DNA of 47,951 bases from a virus (Duplodnaviria > Caudoviricetes). The translations under genes and the position numbers were made by a program. Of the stretch, positions 8,819 to 19,279 are shown piece by piece. Every line of letters starts with the position of its first letter. The stretch's first letter is position 1. The stretch lies in IMG/VR virus record IMGVR_UViG_3300010362_000029, positions 1 through 47,951 of that record; one strand, 5' to 3'. A model generated the notes under the pieces. That model saw nothing but the letters and a program-made list of their open reading frames with translations. It was not told where the DNA came from and ran no database searches.

Positions 8819-11059
8819 ATGGGTTACGACCTGTGGAACCACTCGAAGTTCTTGCACCACAAGCTGCGCAACATGACGCGCCGCGGATGGCTGCTGAAAA
8901 CTTATTACGACAAAAAAATAATGCAGGCGAAGGTGAAGACCGGCGAGAAGATCGAGAACGACCGCCTCGACATCGCTCATCCCGTCGGCTTCCTCGGGCG
9001 CAACAAGCCGGGCGACAAGGTCGAAGTCCTCACCATGGACGTCGGAGGCGACACGTCGCGCCGCGTCGTGATCGGCGTGATCGGTGACCGTGAGCATCAT
9101 CCGAAAATCGAGGAAGGCGAGTCGATCCTCTACTCACCAGGTGACAAGAAAAAATTCGTGCGCGTGTACAAGAAGCCGCAACAGGACGGGCAGGGCGGCG
9201 GCGGCGACGGTGGCGGCGGCGATCAACAGCAGAGCGAAAGCAAAGAAGGCATCCACACGAACGCCGACGACCTGCCGATCACGTCGCAGACTGAAAGCAC
9301 CTTTCAAGGCAATGCGGACGGCGGCCAGGGCTTCACGACCAAAAAGAACTTCGACATCCGCGCCGATGAGAACACGCAATTTCAGGCAGCGAAGCACATC
9401 CGCAAGGGCGACACGTTTCGCGATGGAAACACGTACACCTCCGGCGTCGAGCATGCGGCCGATCACGTCGCCGGCGGCGGAGCGAGCATCTCGACGGGCC
9501 GAGCGGAAGCCGGGCGCCCGGACGGCTCGCAATCGTGGGGCGCTAGCGGACAGCCGGGCACCACGTCGCTCCTCGATCTCGGCGCGCGCGTGGCGGCGAT
9601 CGAGGCCGGCGGTGGTGGTGGTGGCGGACAGCCCGGACCACCGGGCCCACCGGGACCGCAGGGCGAGCAAGGTCCGCCCGGCGCCACCGGACCACAAGGA
9701 CCGGCGGGGCCCACAGGCGCGACTGGCGCGCAAGGGCCGCAAGGTGTGCCGGGCCCGACAGGCGCGACTGGCGCGCAAGGGCCGCCAGGACCAACCGGGC
9801 CGCAAGGTGTGGAGGGGCCAGAAGGACCGCAGGGTGAGCAAGGGCCGCAAGGGCCGCAAGGGCCGCAGGGTGAGCAAGGGCCGCAAGGCGCGGCCGGTAC
9901 CGGCATCACGATGCAAGGATCGGTAGCTACCGAGGCCGATCTACCGACGACCGCGGCACAGGGCGACGCGTTCATCGTCCAAGAGGACGACAGCCTGTGG
10001 ATTTACGACGGCACGCAATGGGTGAGTGGCGGCTCGATCCAGGGGCCGCCGGGCGCGCAAGGTCCGATCGGACCGCAAGGTGATCCGGGCCAGCAGGGGC
10101 CCACCGGTGCAGAAGGACCGCAGGGCGTGCCGGGAGCGGAAGGTCCTGAGGGTCCGCAGGGTCCGACCGGTGCGCAAGGTGCAGAAGGGCCGCAGGGACA
10201 ACAAGGACCGCAGGGCGATCCGGGACCGCAGGGCGATCCGGGTGCTCCGGGAGCAGCTGGACCGCCAGGGCCAGAGGGACCAGCCGGTGGGAGCGCTCGG
10301 CTCGACTATGTAAGCCCGACGCAAATCCGTTTTCGGCCGTACAACGGAGACCGCGTACGCATCAATGGCGCGTGGGTGGCAATCCCGGCGGCCGGCGTGA
10401 CGGCGGCGAACACCGGCGTAAACGTTGACGGGACGACCGGTGCGCTCGTCGGCAACGTGACCTATCTCGTCGGCGCCCAGCTTTCCGGCGGCAATATTGT
10501 CCTGTCGTTCTGGTCGGGCGTCACGCATGCGCCATCGCAGACCGCCGGCAACGTTGGCACGGAAATCATCGCCAACAACAACGTGTTCTCACTTGTCGGC
10601 CTAGTGCGCGCTGACGCCGCCGGACAATTTTTCGATGCGGGCACGCTCTCCTGGTTCAACCGGGCAGGCAAGATTCAGCGCGCATCGATCACCGCTGTGC
10701 GCACCGTTACCACGACAACAGAAAGCGAGGTACATTCGGAGCTGCGGCTTCCGTTCGCCACGTGGGCCGATGAGGTGGTGTTTTTCATGATCGGCGGTGC
10801 TGCGTATCCATCGGCCGCGGCCAACGCGCGCATCATCGTCGGCGTCAGCATCAACGGCGCGGCCTCGGAAAATCCGAAAGTCACGGTGCAAGCCGAAACC
10901 ACTTTACAATCGTACAAGTCGCTGTCGCTGCCCATCGTGCGGCGGCTGGCGGAAGGCGGGCATTACGCTACGGTGATGGCGCGCGTCGGTGGAGCCGGGC
11001 AGGTCGGAACATTCGATCTCGACAACCCGACGACCAATCAAGTCACGACCAGAGGATGA
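8819..11059 (+). CDS. Baseplate spike (Mu gp45-like) fused to collagen-like repeats and a C-terminal beta-rich domain
   Basis: N-terminal HPVGF...PGD...VGGDTS...EGESILYS motif, followed by long Gly-X-Y runs. Confidence 0.75.
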   Translation: MGYDLWNHSKFLHHKLRNMTRRGWLLKTYYDKKIMQAKVKTGEKIENDRLDIAHPVGFLGRNKPGDKVEVLTMDVGGDTSRRVVIGVIGDREHHPKIEEGESILYSPGDKKKFVRVYKKPQQDGQGGGGDGGGGDQQQSESKEGIHTNADDLPITSQTESTFQGNADGGQGFTTKKNFDIRADENTQFQAAKHIRKGDTFRDGNTYTSGVEHAADHVAGGGASISTGRAEAGRPDGSQSWGASGQPGTTSLLDLGARVAAIEAGGGGGGGQPGPPGPPGPQGEQGPPGATGPQGPAGPTGATGAQGPQGVPGPTGATGAQGPPGPTGPQGVEGPEGPQGEQGPQGPQGPQGEQGPQGAAGTGITMQGSVATEADLPTTAAQGDAFIVQEDDSLWIYDGTQWVSGGSIQGPPGAQGPIGPQGDPGQQGPTGAEGPQGVPGAEGPEGPQGPTGAQGAEGPQGQQGPQGDPGPQGDPGAPGAAGPPGPEGPAGGSARLDYVSPTQIRFRPYNGDRVRINGAWVAIPAAGVTAANTGVNVDGTTGALVGNVTYLVGAQLSGGNIVLSFWSGVTHAPSQTAGNVGTEIIANNNVFSLVGLVRADAAGQFFDAGTLSWFNRAGKIQRASITAVRTVTTTTESEVHSELRLPFATWADEVVFFMIGGAAYPSAAANARIIVGVSINGAASENPKVTVQAETTLQSYKSLSLPIVRRLAEGGHYATVMARVGGAGQVGTFDLDNPTTNQVTTRG
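9626..10290 (+). repeat. Collagen-like Gly-X-Y coding repeats in two blocks
   Basis: GPPGPQGEQ-type repeats, interrupted at about 9900-10040 by a short domain (WIYDGTQWV). Confidence 0.9.
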
Positions 11060-11063
11060 AGTG

Positions 11064-11771
11064 ATGGCCAGCACACCGAAAACCAGCGTTCAGCCGATCT
11101 GGATATGTGACCCGCGCGATGATCGCTGCGTGCGTCCGGTCGAGCCCACGTTTTTGCCCGGCATCTCGGTGCGCCACTCGCCGAGTTGCACCGGCGACAT
11201 CTGCGCGCTGTTCGCCTGCGATGGAGGCAACTGGCGCGTGACCAATGAGAACACGCTCGACCGCGCGCGCTGGATCGAGGGCTGGATCATCACGCAATTG
11301 CTCACGCGCGGGTTTGTCGATTGCGAGGAGCATCCGCTCCAGCAGCGCGGCGGCGGCTGGTGGGCCGATGCATTTCGCGCCGCGTCGACTGGACGCTCGC
11401 GGTTCAGGAGCGGCTCGAAACTGTGGGCGCTGAAATGGCGGCGCGGCGGCGCCACCAATGACTTGCTGCTCCAGGCGAAAGACTACGCTTACGAGGCGCT
11501 GCAATATCTGGAAACGTGGGGCATCGTTTCTGAGCTCCAGATCGACGCGCAGTTCATCACGCGCGCGATTACCGGCGTCGGCATTCCCGGCGCCGTCATC
11601 CACCTAAAAATCTCGATCCGTGGTCCGGGCGTTGCATCGGCGTTCACGCTGGAGGGCATGGCGATGCCCGACGCGAGCTGGCTGTGGCAGGAGTACATGC
11701 CGCCGAGCGCGATCAGGAGCACGTCCGGGCGGTTATATGGGCGCGTGCAGCGCATGCTAGGAGGTCCGTGA
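11064..11771 (+). CDS. Mu gp46-like baseplate protein
   Basis: GGWWADAF...GSKLWAL...AKDYAYEALQYL motif. Start moved to ATG 11064. Confidence 0.8.
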   Translation: MASTPKTSVQPIWICDPRDDRCVRPVEPTFLPGISVRHSPSCTGDICALFACDGGNWRVTNENTLDRARWIEGWIITQLLTRGFVDCEEHPLQQRGGGWWADAFRAASTGRSRFRSGSKLWALKWRRGGATNDLLLQAKDYAYEALQYLETWGIVSELQIDAQFITRAITGVGIPGAVIHLKISIRGPGVASAFTLEGMAMPDASWLWQEYMPPSAIRSTSGRLYGRVQRMLGGP

Positions 11772-13018
11772 TGGCCATCGCTCCCGACATCGGTTGCCGA
11801 ATCCCGCGGCCCGACATCGCGCAATTGTCGGAAGCCGTGCGCGTCGAGTTCTCGAAGCGGCTGCTCGGCGGCGCGCCGGTGTTGCCGCTCAGTACCGAGG
11901 ACATCCTGGCGTTCGTGATGGCGGGGACCGTGAACCTCATGCACGGCATGGTCTCGCAAGCACTGAAGGAAACCGATCCAGCGTTCATGTGCTGCGATTC
12001 GCTCGTCGTCTATGCCGCGCGCCACGGCATCAATCTGCTCGGCGCCACGCGCGCCAAGGGCTACGTCGCGATCACCGGCGATCCGAACGCGGCGATCCCG
12101 ACCAGCCTCCGGCTCATCGGCCTCGCGTCGCGGGAGTACAAACAGGACCCGGCCGTCACCTGGAATCCGGTACACCTGGACGCCGCTGGCGGTGCCGTCG
12201 TGCGCGTAGTGTCGGCGCTTCCCGGCAACGTATTCAACCTGCCCACTGGGAGCGCGCTCACCGTCGGCACCAGCGCACCCGGCATCGACATCGACGCGAC
12301 CGTGGTCGGCAACGGATTGATCGGCGGCAGCGACGCGGAGACCTGCGATCAGCTGCGCGCGCGCGTGCTGGCGGCCGAATCGGCCGGCGTGCTGTCGACC
12401 AATCAGCAATGGTACATCGCGCAGACGATGTCATATCCGGGCGTCACGCGCGCGTGCCTCGACGAATGCGAAGGCTGTTGCGATCCCACGCACCTGGTTG
12501 TCTACCCATTCTTTGAGGGCGTGTATGGCGACGCCACCACGCCACCATACGGCGTGCCACCGCAAGAGGTGATCGACGAAATGAATCATTGGATGTGGGG
12601 CCTTAACAACGGCAAGGGCGAGGGACTCGCGCCGGTCGGCGCGCAGGGTCATTACGAGTGCGCCACGCCGGTCAAGATCAACGTCGTCGGGCACTGTTTC
12701 CGCGGCTGCGACAACATCGCGGTCAGCAACATCGTCAGCGCGTTGAACGCCTACATCCGCGACAACTACTGCGTCGGCTCGCCGATTTGCAAAGAGCACA
12801 TCAAGAGCACGATCTACCGCGCGGTCGGCGAACCGTGCTTCGCCGGCGTCACGTTCACGTTCGATCCGCCGCAGGGCATTCGCCGCCAGGATGATGCCTA
12901 TATCATTGTCGAATGCGGATACCTGCCGGTGCTCGGCGACGTGTCGGTCACCGAGGCGGAAGCTGACCCGGTTCCGATGCCGCTTCGCGTGTTGAAGCGG
13001 CTGCAAGGTCCGAGATGA
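11771..13018 (+). CDS. Baseplate J / Mu gp47-like protein
   Basis: ATRAKGYV, GGSDAETCDQLRARVL and YPGVTRA motifs; ATG overlaps the previous stop. Confidence 0.88.
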   Translation: MAIAPDIGCRIPRPDIAQLSEAVRVEFSKRLLGGAPVLPLSTEDILAFVMAGTVNLMHGMVSQALKETDPAFMCCDSLVVYAARHGINLLGATRAKGYVAITGDPNAAIPTSLRLIGLASREYKQDPAVTWNPVHLDAAGGAVVRVVSALPGNVFNLPTGSALTVGTSAPGIDIDATVVGNGLIGGSDAETCDQLRARVLAAESAGVLSTNQQWYIAQTMSYPGVTRACLDECEGCCDPTHLVVYPFFEGVYGDATTPPYGVPPQEVIDEMNHWMWGLNNGKGEGLAPVGAQGHYECATPVKINVVGHCFRGCDNIAVSNIVSALNAYIRDNYCVGSPICKEHIKSTIYRAVGEPCFAGVTFTFDPPQGIRRQDDAYIIVECGYLPVLGDVSVTEAEADPVPMPLRVLKRLQGPR

Positions 13019-13995
13019 TGCTCGATCGCACTACGTTGCCAGATGAAGCGCCGTTCTGCTGCCCGCAACCACCGGTGAAGAACCTCACCGGCCCGGACGA
13101 ACCCGGCATCGAATGCTGGGCGCCCGAGGGCTGTTGCATGCCGTCGCCGTGCGCGGTGAAGGAGTGGGACTTTCTTTGCATCGTGCGCTCGCTGTTGCCC
13201 GAGGGCGATATTTTCAACAACACCCGGCAACACACGTACACGCCGCCGCGCGACGTTGGTGTCGCCAACATTGGTTGCGCGCGCATCGGCTGCGAGCAAC
13301 TGATCCTCGGCGGTTGCTGCAACGACATGATTTTGTGCGACGACGACCCGCCGGCGCCGCAGCTCGCCGTTGTCGATTCCTTCGCCGCGGTCGCCTACGG
13401 CGTGATCCAGGCGCTGTGCGCGATGCTGCGCGAGCTCGACCCATGCACCGCGCAAAAGATGATACGCCAATGGGCCGAGCGCATGGGCATCGAGCATCCC
13501 GACCCATGCGGGCCAGGGTTCTCTGATCGCGTCCTCGCGATGCTGATCTGCGTCGTTCTGCAACTCCGCAACTATCGTGGCGCCCACAACTGGGAATTCC
13601 TCACCGCGCTAGCACACCGCTTCGGCGCCGAGATCGTGATGCGCTACGCCGGTGACCTGAATTGCGGGCCGCTCGGTTGGTGGACGATGGCGCGCGATCA
13701 GCAGGCTTGCCCTCCCGTGTTCATCTGTCCGCCGGATGCGACCGCGCCATACAACCCGACGCTACGGCCGATCTCGGAATGTTTCAGCACGCCGCTGTCG
13801 CTAAACATCATCGTGTGTCCCGGCGACGTGATCATCCCGGAGAATTGCAACCTCGCCATTCCGGAGCGGCACCTGCCGCACGATCCCGAGCTTTACGAGG
13901 CGTTTCGACACTGGCTGTTGCCCACGCTGCTGGACGGCGAGCGCGGGGTGTTCTGGTGCGTCTACGATTGCGACCCGGCCGACTGCATCGTCTAA
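13015..13995 (+). CDS. Mu gp48-like baseplate wedge protein, Cys-rich
   Basis: SLLPEGDIF and RELDPCTAQKMIRQWAERMG motifs; follows the J-like gene. Confidence 0.7.
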   Translation: MMLDRTTLPDEAPFCCPQPPVKNLTGPDEPGIECWAPEGCCMPSPCAVKEWDFLCIVRSLLPEGDIFNNTRQHTYTPPRDVGVANIGCARIGCEQLILGGCCNDMILCDDDPPAPQLAVVDSFAAVAYGVIQALCAMLRELDPCTAQKMIRQWAERMGIEHPDPCGPGFSDRVLAMLICVVLQLRNYRGAHNWEFLTALAHRFGAEIVMRYAGDLNCGPLGWWTMARDQQACPPVFICPPDATAPYNPTLRPISECFSTPLSLNIIVCPGDVIIPENCNLAIPERHLPHDPELYEAFRHWLLPTLLDGERGVFWCVYDCDPADCIV

Positions 13996-14047
13996 GCCAC
14001 AGGCGACTCACGCTAATCGCCGACCTGCCCGTGATAATCTCCGATCC

Positions 14048-15811
14048 ATGGCTGGCATTTTTCCTCCAGGCGGCGTGCCGCCCGCGCCCGAGGTGTGCGA
14101 GGGTTACACGCCGGTCAATCCAGTGACCGGCGTCGGACCGCTCTACGCCGCGCCAGAATGCACGACCACGCTGACTGATTGCACGTTCAACGCCATCGTT
14201 TCCGAAATCCTCGCCAGCGTTGATTTGCTCGGCGTGCCCTACAACTCAGGACGCGTCGACAATCTCGGTCGCGCATTGGCCGACAGGTTCGATCACGTCA
14301 CCGGGCTCATCGACGCCAGGATTTTGCGCAGCGGCGACGCGATGACCGGTCCGCTTTCGCTGGCCGGCGATCCGGTGACCGACCTGCAGGCCGCGACCAA
14401 GCGCTACGTCGATCAGCGGGACGCGGCGCTGCTTCAACAGGTCGACAACACAAAAGTGTCGAGGTCGGGTGATCAGATGAGTGGCGTGCTGCTTTTGCAC
14501 GCCGATCCGATCGCCGGGCTCGAAGCCGCCACCAAGCAATACGTCGACTCGCAGGTCGGCGACGCAATCATCGAGCCGCCGGCCGATCTGCAAACCTACG
14601 GACGCGTGCACGGGAGCTGGGTGCCGGTGCTTCCGATCACCGGGGGGACGATCACAGGCGCGCTGAACGTGCGCGAGCCGGTAGCCAACACCGAAGCCGC
14701 GACCAAGTATTACGTCGATGCGCTGGTGGCGCAGGGCGGCACGTTCGTTGATGCTCCGGCCGATGACTTTGTATATGGAAGATTGAATCACGCGTGGGCG
14801 CGAGTGTTGCCGATTGCCGGCGGCACGATGACCGGCCCACTGACATTAGTCGGCAGTCCACAACAGCCGCTGCAACCGGTGACTTTGCAATATTTGAATT
14901 CGCAACTGACCTCGCTCAACGAGACCGTTAATGCCAACCTCGCAAACAAGGTAAATCGCGCCGGCGACGTGATGGCCGGCGTATTAGATATGAACGTTGC
15001 CGCTGCAACGAATGCGTGGAGCGTCAATGCTGGCGTGGCGTTAGCGCGGGGCGACGGCACCGGACTGTTCACTTCGCCGTTCGACATCAGGGCCGCTGCC
15101 GGCGCGCCGAATCCGCGCCTGCGGTTTCTAAATTCCGGCGGCACCGGAGTCTCGGAAGTTTGGCATAACACGACGGCCAACGCGCTCAGGTTTCGCATTG
15201 GTGCCGCCGACAACGCGGAGATTCGGGGATACGGACTTTACTTGGGCGCCTCGCTTGATGCGGGGATGTTCCTCGAAGGCGGCGCCTCCGGCAGCGATTT
15301 CTACATCAGAGCCAACACGCAATATTATTTCCGCTACAACACCGGGAATCTCTATTGGATGACGCCGCTGGGCGCCGGCTTTGCGTGCGACACAAATCGA
15401 AACGTCTCCATCGGGCGAGACCTCGTAGTCGGAGCCGGTGCGTTCAAGCCGGGCGGTGGCCCGTGGACCGACACTTCCGACATACGTATCAAAGACCGAG
15501 TCGTTGATTACACTAACGGGCTCGACGCGATCCGCTCGCTGCGGCCGGTAAGCTATCATTTCCTGCCGGCCACCGGGCGCGACAGCGAGCGCGAACACAT
15601 CGGGCTCGTGGCACAAGAGGCCGAGCCGGTGATGCCGGAATGCGTGTCGCAACAGAAGATCACGCTCGGCGATCTCCAGCTTGACGACATGCGCATGCTC
15701 GACACCGGGCCGATTGTGTTTGCGCTCATCAACGCGGTGAAGACGCTCGCCGACGACAACGATCAATTGCGCGCCCGCTTGGCCGCCCTGGAGAAGGGGA
15801 GGAAGCGCTAG
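14048..15811 (+). CDS. Tail fibre with C-terminal intramolecular chaperone (peptidase S74-like)
   Basis: Repeats of GxxMTGPL...AATKxYVD, then SDIRIK...LRPVSY...GLVAQE and a terminal coiled coil. Confidence 0.85.
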   Translation: MAGIFPPGGVPPAPEVCEGYTPVNPVTGVGPLYAAPECTTTLTDCTFNAIVSEILASVDLLGVPYNSGRVDNLGRALADRFDHVTGLIDARILRSGDAMTGPLSLAGDPVTDLQAATKRYVDQRDAALLQQVDNTKVSRSGDQMSGVLLLHADPIAGLEAATKQYVDSQVGDAIIEPPADLQTYGRVHGSWVPVLPITGGTITGALNVREPVANTEAATKYYVDALVAQGGTFVDAPADDFVYGRLNHAWARVLPIAGGTMTGPLTLVGSPQQPLQPVTLQYLNSQLTSLNETVNANLANKVNRAGDVMAGVLDMNVAAATNAWSVNAGVALARGDGTGLFTSPFDIRAAAGAPNPRLRFLNSGGTGVSEVWHNTTANALRFRIGAADNAEIRGYGLYLGASLDAGMFLEGGASGSDFYIRANTQYYFRYNTGNLYWMTPLGAGFACDTNRNVSIGRDLVVGAGAFKPGGGPWTDTSDIRIKDRVVDYTNGLDAIRSLRPVSYHFLPATGRDSEREHIGLVAQEAEPVMPECVSQQKITLGDLQLDDMRMLDTGPIVFALINAVKTLADDNDQLRARLAALEKGRKR

Positions 15812-17205
15812 TGTCTGGCATTTTCCCTTACAGCACGGACGGCGGCATTCCGCCTAACGCTCAAACGCCGAACAATCCGGCGCAGGCGTTCATCCATCAG
15901 CATGCGCTGCCGGTCGACACCTCGGCGCTGTACTATGGCAATGGCTGCGACGTGCGGCTGCGTCCGCACGTGGTCAACTCGCTGATCTCGGAGATCGCGG
16001 CGGTCGCTGATCGTGCCGGCGTCGCCTATCGCGCCGCCTCGCTGCAAAATCTCGAAGTCTCGATCCGCTACCTGATCCAGCGCGGCTTGCCGCATTCCGG
16101 CATGCTGGTCGCGCAAAACGCGTTTCAGTACGCGATCACGCTCGATCCGGTGCCGCCCTACTACACGGATTTTCTGACGATCGTTTTCGTTCCGCAATTG
16201 CTGCCGGGCGCGACGCAGAACCAGGGCTACGTCCGCATCAACGTCAACGGGCTCGGCTACGTTCCGCTCTATCGCAACGACGGCGAAGAGGTGCGCGCTG
16301 GCGACATTCTGTCGTTCAAGCCATTCATCGCTACCTACTTCAACGGCGCGTTCCACATGATCGGCTTGTGTGCTTCGCAAGTCCCGCTGGTGAAGTACGG
16401 CGGCATCAACGCGTGGGTGCGCACGGACGGCAATGACGAGACAGGCGACGGCACGGCCAACTCGCCCGACAAAGCATTTCGCACGCTCAACGGAGCATGG
16501 GAGGCCATCGGTTCGCGCTACATGGCCACGCCGATGTTCTCGGTCAATTTCAGGCTCGGCATTCCCGGCACCTATGAAGCGGGAATAATCGGGCCGTTCG
16601 GTTCGACCATGACGATAACCGGCGACGAGCAAAATCGCGCGGCGTATCGCATCGGCACGAAATACTATCCCGGCTCGAACGTGTGGATATCGCTGCAAAC
16701 GGTGGGTGTCGCACAGATGGCAATCACCGGCGTGACGCTGCAGATCGCGAACGCGGGCAACCCAGCCATCGCGCTATGGAACGCCAACTCGCACATCGAA
16801 CTCAGGAACGTGAACTTCGACGCGATGACATCGAACCCGGCCGGCATCTTCATCGCGAACCACGGGGGAGCAAGTACGGGCATTGCCGCTCAGGCGACCA
16901 CCCAATTCAACGGCAACGGAAATGAAATCGGCTCGGCGATCGACTGCCAAAGCGGGCGCTGGGCAGGCTGCGGCGACGTGAGCCGCGGCAATCTCATGAG
17001 CTCAAATTTTGACTGCGCTGCATTCATCAGCCTGTCATCGCTGTCGGTTGGCGTGATGGTCGGCACAAATTTTTTCACTAGCAACGTCACCGGCCGGCAG
17101 TTTTTGATAACCACCAATTCTGTGCTGTACCAGAGCAACGCGTCCGGCCCGATTCCCGGCGATCAAGTTGGCATTTACAACACCGGTGGAGTCTTCGTGC
17201 CATGA
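15811..17205 (+). CDS. Second tail fibre / tailspike-like protein
   Basis: N-terminus paralogous to the previous fibre; VRTDGNDETGDGT...AFRTL motif followed by a beta-rich region. Confidence 0.65.
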   Translation: MSGIFPYSTDGGIPPNAQTPNNPAQAFIHQHALPVDTSALYYGNGCDVRLRPHVVNSLISEIAAVADRAGVAYRAASLQNLEVSIRYLIQRGLPHSGMLVAQNAFQYAITLDPVPPYYTDFLTIVFVPQLLPGATQNQGYVRINVNGLGYVPLYRNDGEEVRAGDILSFKPFIATYFNGAFHMIGLCASQVPLVKYGGINAWVRTDGNDETGDGTANSPDKAFRTLNGAWEAIGSRYMATPMFSVNFRLGIPGTYEAGIIGPFGSTMTITGDEQNRAAYRIGTKYYPGSNVWISLQTVGVAQMAITGVTLQIANAGNPAIALWNANSHIELRNVNFDAMTSNPAGIFIANHGGASTGIAAQATTQFNGNGNEIGSAIDCQSGRWAGCGDVSRGNLMSSNFDCAAFISLSSLSVGVMVGTNFFTSNVTGRQFLITTNSVLYQSNASGPIPGDQVGIYNTGGVFVP

Positions 17206-17474
17206 ACACGACCGATGAACAGCAGACACAATGGCAGATTCCCGCGATCGATCCGCCGCCGCCGTCGCCGCCGCGCGATATCGAGCCGGTGCCCATTCGA
17301 GTGGCGAGGTCGGGCACCGCAGAAGAGGACTTGCCGAAAGCGCCGTTGTGGCCGCTGTGGTGGCCGCCACCGGGTCCGATGTACCCAAACCCGAGAGAGT
17401 TCGCACCAGCGCGCAACTGGCCGCCGGAGGGCACCGCAGATGAGCGTCAATCAGGCAGCGAGCGGAATCGTTGA
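17202..17474 (+). CDS. Small Pro-rich hypothetical protein
   Basis: ATGA overlap with the upstream stop; no recognisable family. Confidence 0.4.
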   Translation: MNTTDEQQTQWQIPAIDPPPPSPPRDIEPVPIRVARSGTAEEDLPKAPLWPLWWPPPGPMYPNPREFAPARNWPPEGTADERQSGSERNR

Positions 17475-17712
17475 GGCGCTCAAGACGCAGCCGGCGTTGC
17501 TGGCCTTGATCGTCGTCGCCTTCGGATTGCTCGGGTTCACCTGGTACGAGGGGCACACGTTCAACGAATACGCGCGCATCGTCTCCGCGCAGCAACAAGA
17601 GGCGACGCGACTGCTGGCACAGTGCCTGCCTGTGGAGGTGCAGCAGCAAAGCGAAACCAACAAGCAGATCGAGCAGCTGCGGTCAGCGATCGAGAAGCTG
17701 GCGCCGAAGTGA
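17440..17712 (+). CDS. Single-TM membrane protein, holin candidate
   Basis: PALLALIVVAFGLLGFTW helix plus coiled coil, directly before the endolysin. Confidence 0.5.
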   Translation: MSVNQAASGIVEALKTQPALLALIVVAFGLLGFTWYEGHTFNEYARIVSAQQQEATRLLAQCLPVEVQQQSETNKQIEQLRSAIEKLAPK

Positions 17713-17713
17713 G

Positions 17714-19279
17714 GTGCACATCATGCGAAGCCCGATCGCCATATCATCGGCTCACAGCAAGTACGTCGGCGGCGCCGCTGGCGTGCTCAACGAAGTGAAG
17801 GAATCGCGGCGCGTCGTGACGCGCGTGGCCGAGCTCCTGACCGCCGCCGGCGTCTCGGTGCGGGTCTTCCACGACGACGAGAGCAAATCGCAAGGGGCGA
17901 ACCTCAACCGCATCGTCAATTGGCACAACGCGCAGCAGCGCGCACTCGACGTGTCGGTGCACTTCAACGCGTTCAAGACCACCAGCGCGCCGCGGGGCAC
18001 CGAGGTCCTGTACACGACGCAGAGCAAGCTCGCTGGCGAGGTCTCCAAGGCGATGGCCGACGCGGGCGGGCTGATCAACCGCGGCGGCAAGAAGCGCACG
18101 AACCTATCGTTCCTCAACCGCACGCGGAAGCCGTCACTCCTGCTCGAGGTGTGCTTCGTCGACAGCCGCGCCGACGCGGACGCCTATCGCAAGAATTTCG
18201 AGGCCATCTGCCGCGCTATCGCGCAGTCCACTTCGGGCGCGACGACGACGACACCGCCGGGACCGCCGCCACAGCCCGGTCAGCGGCCGACCTTGCGGAG
18301 GGGCGCGTCCGGAGCGGACGTGCGATACCTGCAGGAGCAACTCAACAGCGACTTCGGCGCCGGCCTGTCTGTCGACGGCGACTTCGGAGCGCGCACCGAG
18401 GCTGCCGTGCGCGGTTATCAGGCGAGCCGCAACCTGGGCGCCGACGGCATCGTCGGCCCGCGGACGTGGGCCGCGCTGGAGACGAACGCCCCGCCGTATG
18501 TGCCGCCGGGCCTACCGGCGCCGCTCGACGACGACGATCAGGATGCAATCATCGAGATCGCCATGAAATCCAGGATCGCCGGTTATAACTGGCCCGGCCG
18601 CGGGCGCGCACCTGCTGGCTACGTGCAGGGCTTCGCGCTGGCATTCGCCAACGTCTACCGCAAGCTCCTGGTCGTTCACGCGCCGGCCGTTGAAATGGCC
18701 AAGGCCGACACGCGCAATGTCGACGTTGACGCGCTGGCTTGGTACGCATCCGAATTCCAGCAGCTCGGCATGCGCAACAACGTCTCCGGCCCCGACACGT
18801 TGCGGCACCTGTACACGCTGATGATGGGGCTCGGCATGCGGGAGTCGAGCGGCAAGCATTGCAGCGGTCGCGACACGTCGGCCGCAAATACGACGAGCGA
18901 GACCGCCGAGGCTGGCCTGTTTCAGACGTCCTGGAACGCGCACACGTCCCACCCGACGTTCGTGCAACTGTTCAACGAGTATGCCGGCGGCGGTGCCAGC
19001 GATAACCCGCAGGGTTTTCTTGCGACGTTTCGGAACGGCGTGACGTGCCCGACGTCGTCGTGGCAAAGCCACGGCAGCGGCAACGGCCGCAAGTTTCAGG
19101 ACATGTGCAAGAACCTGCCGGCGTTTGCGATCGAGACCGCCGCGCTGGTGCTGCGCAATCGGCGCAAGCATTATGGCCCGATCAACCGGCGCGAGGCAGA
19201 GATTCGCCAGGACGCCAACGCAATGCTTGCGGACGTGCAGCGCTACATCGATGAGACAGAGCCCGGCGCTATCATCTGA
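17714..19279 (+). CDS. Endolysin: Amidase_3 + peptidoglycan-binding domain + C-terminal lysozyme-like domain
   Basis: SAH...E...SVHFNA...LLEVCFVDS; LRRGASGADVRYLQ...DGIVGPRTW; MRESSG...AGLFQTSWN. Confidence 0.88.
   Translation: MHIMRSPIAISSAHSKYVGGAAGVLNEVKESRRVVTRVAELLTAAGVSVRVFHDDESKSQGANLNRIVNWHNAQQRALDVSVHFNAFKTTSAPRGTEVLYTTQSKLAGEVSKAMADAGGLINRGGKKRTNLSFLNRTRKPSLLLEVCFVDSRADADAYRKNFEAICRAIAQSTSGATTTTPPGPPPQPGQRPTLRRGASGADVRYLQEQLNSDFGAGLSVDGDFGARTEAAVRGYQASRNLGADGIVGPRTWAALETNAPPYVPPGLPAPLDDDDQDAIIEIAMKSRIAGYNWPGRGRAPAGYVQGFALAFANVYRKLLVVHAPAVEMAKADTRNVDVDALAWYASEFQQLGMRNNVSGPDTLRHLYTLMMGLGMRESSGKHCSGRDTSAANTTSETAEAGLFQTSWNAHTSHPTFVQLFNEYAGGGASDNPQGFLATFRNGVTCPTSSWQSHGSGNGRKFQDMCKNLPAFAIETAALVLRNRRKHYGPINRREAEIRQDANAMLADVQRYIDETEPGAII

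Noticed and set aside
9626-10290. Collagen region as a nucleotide-level array
   Set aside because: The 9-nt period is fully explained by Gly-X-Y coding with variable wobble bases.
6239-13995. Mu-like transposable phage
   Set aside because: Only the tail module is Mu-like. There is no transposase or MuB, and the phage has an integrase, attP and its own primase-helicase.
14048-17205. Diversity-generating retroelement or invertible fibre cassette
   Set aside because: No reverse transcriptase, TR/VR pair or inverted fibre copy was seen, and the serine recombinase is more than 20 kb away.
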